Shown: positions 60,240 to 64,000 of the stretch, piece after piece | How positions within the stretch are numbered: the first letter of the stretch is position 1 | How the letters are laid out: each line of letters begins with the position of its first letter | DNA from: Sphingomonas sp. | GTDB lineage: Bacteria > Pseudomonadota > Alphaproteobacteria > Sphingomonadales > Sphingomonadaceae | DNA: 64,000 bases | Direction of reading: 5' to 3' | Assembly: GCF_035910975.1 (NCBI RefSeq) | Contig: NZ_JAMHWM010000026.1 | Coordinates: forward strand, 63,042-127,041 | The notes under the pieces: model-generated | The model's input: only the letters and a program-made list of their open reading frames with translations | Databases searched by the model: none | What the model was told of the DNA's origin: nothing | Position numbers and translations under genes: made by a program

Positions 60240-61289
60240 ATGGCCGTGCGGGTGATCCAGTGGGCGACGGGCGCGATGGGACGGACGTCGCTCCGGCGGA
60301 TCATCGACCATCCCGACCTCAAACTCGTTGGCGTCTACGTCTATTCCGCCGACAAGGCCGGGCGCGATGCCGGCGATCTGGCGAAGCGTCCGGCGACCGG
60401 CGTGATCGCCACCGACGATATCGAAGCGATCCTCGCCCTCGACGCCGATGTGGTGATGCATATGCCGCGCATCACCCTGCCCTATGATGCGATGAACGCC
60501 GATGTCGCGCGGCTGCTCGCCTCGGGCAAGAACGTCATCTCGACCGCCGGCTTCCACTATCCGCCCGCCCATGCTGCGCATTATGCTGCGCCGCTCGCCG
60601 CAGCATGCGTGGCCGGCGACAGCACGCTCGCCGGGCTGGGCGTCAATCCCGGCACGATCGTCGAGCGGCTGACGCTCGCCGCGACCGGGCTGTGCGCGGA
60701 CCTCGCACATGTCGATATCCGCGAGACGGTCGATGCCTCGTCGATGGCGTCGAAGGAATTCGTGTTCGGCCTGATGGGGTTCGGGGCCGATCCCGCGACC
60801 GACGACATCACCGACGGCCCGCTTGCCGCGCTCTATACCGCGCTGTTCTCCGAAGTCCTGCACCTCGCCGCTGCCGGCCTCGACGATCCGGTCGTGGGGA
60901 TCGCGCCACGCCACGAAATCACCGCCGCGCCGCGCGATATCAACCTGCCCGCCGGGATCATCCCGGAAGGCACCGTCGCCGCGACGCGCTGGCGCTGGAC
61001 GGCGACGCTGGCGAGCGGCATCTCTCTGACGCTATCGATCCTGTGGACCGCCGATCCCGCGCTTCATCCCGAGGACGGGCGCGGCCACTGGACGATCGAC
61101 ATCACCGGCCGGCCCAACATCCGCCTGACCGTCGCGATCGACGAAGGCGATCCGGCGGCAGCCCCCGCCCGCGCGCTGACCGACGCCACCGTCGCGGTCG
61201 CCATCGCCGGCATCCCGGCGGTGGTTGCCGCCCCGCCCGGCTTCTTCGCCTATCCCGCACCGCCCGCCTTCCGCCGGCGGCTGGGGTGA
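60240..61289 (+). CDS. NAD(P)-dependent oxidoreductase, DapB/2,4-diaminopentanoate dehydrogenase-like
   Basis: VIQWATGAMG Rossmann variant, KAGRDAG, LLASGKNVIST, GVNPG and IPAVVAAPPG. Confidence 0.78.
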   Translation: MAVRVIQWATGAMGRTSLRRIIDHPDLKLVGVYVYSADKAGRDAGDLAKRPATGVIATDDIEAILALDADVVMHMPRITLPYDAMNADVARLLASGKNVISTAGFHYPPAHAAHYAAPLAAACVAGDSTLAGLGVNPGTIVERLTLAATGLCADLAHVDIRETVDASSMASKEFVFGLMGFGADPATDDITDGPLAALYTALFSEVLHLAAAGLDDPVVGIAPRHEITAAPRDINLPAGIIPEGTVAATRWRWTATLASGISLTLSILWTADPALHPEDGRGHWTIDITGRPNIRLTVAIDEGDPAAAPARALTDATVAVAIAGIPAVVAAPPGFFAYPAPPAFRRRLG

Positions 61290-61461
61290 CGGCAGGGGTT
61301 CAGAAGTTGGATTTCGACTGGCAGCGTCGTCGTCCGATGGCATCTGAATCTTTCCCGCTCCCCGGCGCGCGGCGCGCCTTGCCCACGCCGATAGCCGGCG
61401 GGGCGAAGCCGGATCGATCGCGCGCGTTGCCCCTACCCTCGTCAACTTCGGACCTGCGATC

Positions 61462-62610
61462 ATGACCGTCTACATCCGCGACGCGCTGCGCACCCCGCGC
61501 GGAAAGGCCCGGCCCGACGGTGGGCTTGCGCAGCATATGCCGCAGGACCTCGTCGCGGCGCTGATCGACGCGCTGGAGGATCGCGCGCCCGGCGCCCGCG
61601 CCACCGACAGCCTGATGCTCGGCTGCGTCGGCCAGGTCGGCGCGCAGGGCGGCAACATCGCGGTGGTCTCGAAGCTCGCCGCCGGCCTGCCGGATGGCGC
61701 CGCCGCGCAGACGATCAACGCCTATTGCGCCAGCGGCCTCGTCGCGGTCGGCCAGGCGGCCGCGCTGATAGAGAGCGGCACGATCGACACCGCGCTGGCC
61801 GGGGGTGTGGAGATGATGTCGCACGTCGGCTTCATGGCCGACAAGGCTGCCTTCTACACCGACCGTAATCTGCCCCGCGCCGCGCAGTTCATCCCCGTAG
61901 CGGTCGCCGCCGATCGCCTTGCGACGCGCGAGGGCATCGATCGCGCGGCGATGGATCGCGCGGCCGAGATCTCGCAAGCCCGCGCGCTTGCCGCCGAAGC
62001 CGATCCGGCGCTGACGAAATCGCGCATTGTAGTGGGCGACCTTTCCCGAGAGGAAAACCCGCGCGCGGGCATGACGCTCGACAGGCTTGCCGCATTGCCC
62101 GCCGCCTTCGCCGATCTCGCCACCGCCTATACCGACGTACTGGGCGACGAGGCGATCACCTATACGCACAGCATCGCCCACGCCCCGCCGATGTGCGACG
62201 GCGCCGGCCTTGCCGCGCTCACCCGCGATCCCGCCGGCGCCCGCGCGCGCATCATCGCCTATGCCGAAGTCGGCGGGGACGCATCCGCCTCGCTCACCGC
62301 CGGCTTCGCCGCGATGGACCGGGTGCTGGGCCGCGCCAGCCTGACCCTCGCCGATATCGACCGTATCGAGTTCATGGAGGCGTTCGCTGTCGTCATCGCG
62401 AAGTTCCTGCGCGACCGCGATGTCGACCCCGCGCGCGTCAACATATCGGGCGGCCATCTCGCCAAGGGGCATCCGATGGGCGCGACCGGGGCGATCCTGC
62501 TATCCACCCTGCTCGACACGCTCGACGCCGCCGAAGGGCGTTACGGCATGGTCGTCGTCACCGGCGCGTCGGGAGTAGGCGCGGCGATGATCGTCGAGCG
62601 CTGCGCATGA
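61462..62610 (+). CDS. Thiolase-family protein with atypical active site
   Basis: DALRTPRGK, NAYCASG, DGA and GHPMGATG; the C-terminal CxGGG motif is replaced by TGASG. Confidence 0.85.
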   Translation: MTVYIRDALRTPRGKARPDGGLAQHMPQDLVAALIDALEDRAPGARATDSLMLGCVGQVGAQGGNIAVVSKLAAGLPDGAAAQTINAYCASGLVAVGQAAALIESGTIDTALAGGVEMMSHVGFMADKAAFYTDRNLPRAAQFIPVAVAADRLATREGIDRAAMDRAAEISQARALAAEADPALTKSRIVVGDLSREENPRAGMTLDRLAALPAAFADLATAYTDVLGDEAITYTHSIAHAPPMCDGAGLAALTRDPAGARARIIAYAEVGGDASASLTAGFAAMDRVLGRASLTLADIDRIEFMEAFAVVIAKFLRDRDVDPARVNISGGHLAKGHPMGATGAILLSTLLDTLDAAEGRYGMVVVTGASGVGAAMIVERCA

Positions 62611-63509
62611 TACCGTCGCTGCGTATGCCGGTCGTCGCCGCGCCGATGTTCCTGGTGACCGGACCCGACCTGGTCATCGCGGCGAGCAACGCCGGCATCC
62701 TCGGGGCCTTCCCGACCAGCAACTGCCGGACCGCGGAGGAGCTCGACAGCTGGATGGCGCGTATCGCCGGCGCGGTCGGCGATCGGCCGTGGGCGGCGAA
62801 CCTCATCACCCATTCGACCAACCCGCGCCTTGCCGATGATCTCGCGCTGGTCGCCAAATATCGTCCGCCGCTCGTCATCACCGCACTCGGCAGCCCCGTG
62901 CCGGTAATCGATACGGTCCATGCCTATGGCGGCACCGTGCTGGCCGACGTCGTCGATCTGAAGCTTGCCCGCAAGGCGCTGGCCGCCGGCGCCGACGGCC
63001 TCGCCTGCGTCAGCCACGGCGCCGGCGGCCACACCGGCAGCCTTTCGCCGCTCGCCTTCGTGTCGGCGGTACGGCAGTTCCATGCCGGCCCGCTCGCGGT
63101 GGGCGGCGGGATCGCCGACGGCGCCGGTGTCGCCGCCGCGATCGCGGCGGGCGCCGACCTCGTCTACATGGGCACCCGTTTCATCGCCGCGACCGAGAGC
63201 CTTGCCGCGCCGGGCTACAAGGCGATGCTGGCCGAGGCGACGATCGCGGACATCGTCGTCAGCGCCGCCCCCACCGGCACGCCCGCGTCGTGGCTGCGCC
63301 CCAGCCTCGCCGCCGCCGGCTACGCCGACGACGCCCCAGCCGGTGCCCGCAACTATGGCGCGCCCGACGAAGCCGTGAAACGCTGGCGCGACATCTGGGC
63401 CGCGGGGCAGGGCGTCCACGCCACCACCGCCGAACAGCCGGTCGCCGAGATCGTCGCCGAGCTCGAAACGGGCTTCCGCGCAGCCCAGGCCCGGCTGGCG
63501 CGTTTCTAG
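62607..63509 (+). CDS. Nitronate monooxygenase / FabK-like FMN oxidoreductase
   Basis: ATG 62607 (ATGA overlap); VVAAPMFLV, GAGGHTG, GGGIADG, VYMGTRFIAATES and DIWAAGQGV. Confidence 0.88.
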   Translation: MIPSLRMPVVAAPMFLVTGPDLVIAASNAGILGAFPTSNCRTAEELDSWMARIAGAVGDRPWAANLITHSTNPRLADDLALVAKYRPPLVITALGSPVPVIDTVHAYGGTVLADVVDLKLARKALAAGADGLACVSHGAGGHTGSLSPLAFVSAVRQFHAGPLAVGGGIADGAGVAAAIAAGADLVYMGTRFIAATESLAAPGYKAMLAEATIADIVVSAAPTGTPASWLRPSLAAAGYADDAPAGARNYGAPDEAVKRWRDIWAAGQGVHATTAEQPVAEIVAELETGFRAAQARLARF

Positions 63510-63916
63510 AGGAGCGCGAGGTCGCTAAGCCGGCCGATCAGGGCAGCCGGCATCGCCCCGACACCCTCGGCGCCGCCACCGAGATCGACCGGCGCATCGG
63601 CGTCTTCCAGATAGCGCCACCCCTGGTGGGCCCGCTTGCGGCGCGGCTCGACGACGATCAGTTCGCGGCCCAACTCGATCGCCACGCGCCCGCCCTCCGC
63701 CTCGCCGAAGCCGATGATCGGCGACCGCGCGACCAACTGGTGCTTGATGATCCAGTAGAGCGATCCGCCGGGCACGATTTCGCCGTGCCGCTTGGGCAGG
63801 TAGCGCGTGGTGAGCAGCAGGCCGCTGCCCTGTTCGGCGCGCAGCCGCGCCCGCTCCTCCAGCGACGCCAGGCTGTCGTGCCCGAAGGCGACCTTGGTCA
63901 GATGGAGCGGCACCAC
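63506..63916 (-). CDS. DUF1489 family protein
   Basis: LHLTKVAFG, TRYLPKR, GGSLYWIIK and AHQGWRYL. Confidence 0.88.
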   Translation of the reverse strand: MVPLHLTKVAFGHDSLASLEERARLRAEQGSGLLLTTRYLPKRHGEIVPGGSLYWIIKHQLVARSPIIGFGEAEGGRVAIELGRELIVVEPRRKRAHQGWRYLEDADAPVDLGGGAEGVGAMPAALIGRLSDLALL

Positions 63917-63944
63917 GGCGATGTGGGGAGTGCAGCGGCCCCGC

Positions 63945-63998
63945 TCAACCCACCAGCCCGCTCACCACCGCAAGGCCAAGGAAAGCGAGGAACCCCAT
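63945..63998 (-). CDS. C-terminal fragment of a membrane protein that enters from the right edge
   Basis: …MGFLAFLGLAVVSGLVG* hydrophobic tail; too short to assign. Confidence 0.5.
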   Translation of the reverse strand: MGFLAFLGLAVVSGLVG

Positions 63999-64000
63999 CG

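Noticed and set aside
61303-61319. AGTTGGATTTCGACT as a fifth cluster operator before the second thiolase
   Set aside because: The spacing is 2 bp shorter than the other four copies and the TTGC core is mismatched.

Overview
High-GC alphaproteobacterial chromosome, most likely a sphingomonad (inferred from gene order, five TonB-dependent receptors and repeat types). There are three zones. (1) 1-15.5 kb is an accessory uptake region downstream of tRNA-Leu(GAG). It holds a Tat-exported PLP enzyme, a TonB-dependent transducer, an M61 peptidase, a metallophosphoesterase/TBDR pair with a Pho box, and a Fur-boxed CirA-like receptor with a two-component system. (2) 15.7-45.3 kb is mostly core genes (ftsEX, plsC, hisC-tyrA, metXW, prfC, pheST, rplT-rpmI, lnt, metK, trmB), interrupted by a flavin amine oxidase, a TetR-TBDR-MFS module and gdhA. 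(3) 45.4-63.5 kb is an apparently uncharacterised lipid/alkene catabolic cluster and the best candidate for an undescribed system. It encodes a carotenoid-cleavage-family dioxygenase, four NTF2/epoxide-hydrolase-fold proteins, two CoA ligases, two atypical thiolases, DUF1295, an SDR, an MFS, a TBDR and a tandem-HxlR regulator. A shared 17-bp motif precedes four of its transcription units. Two REP/REPIN-like repeat families are scattered through the window. Many starts in the ORF track were corrected, and most other long ORFs are GC shadow frames. All family calls come from motif recognition by eye; no database searches were run.
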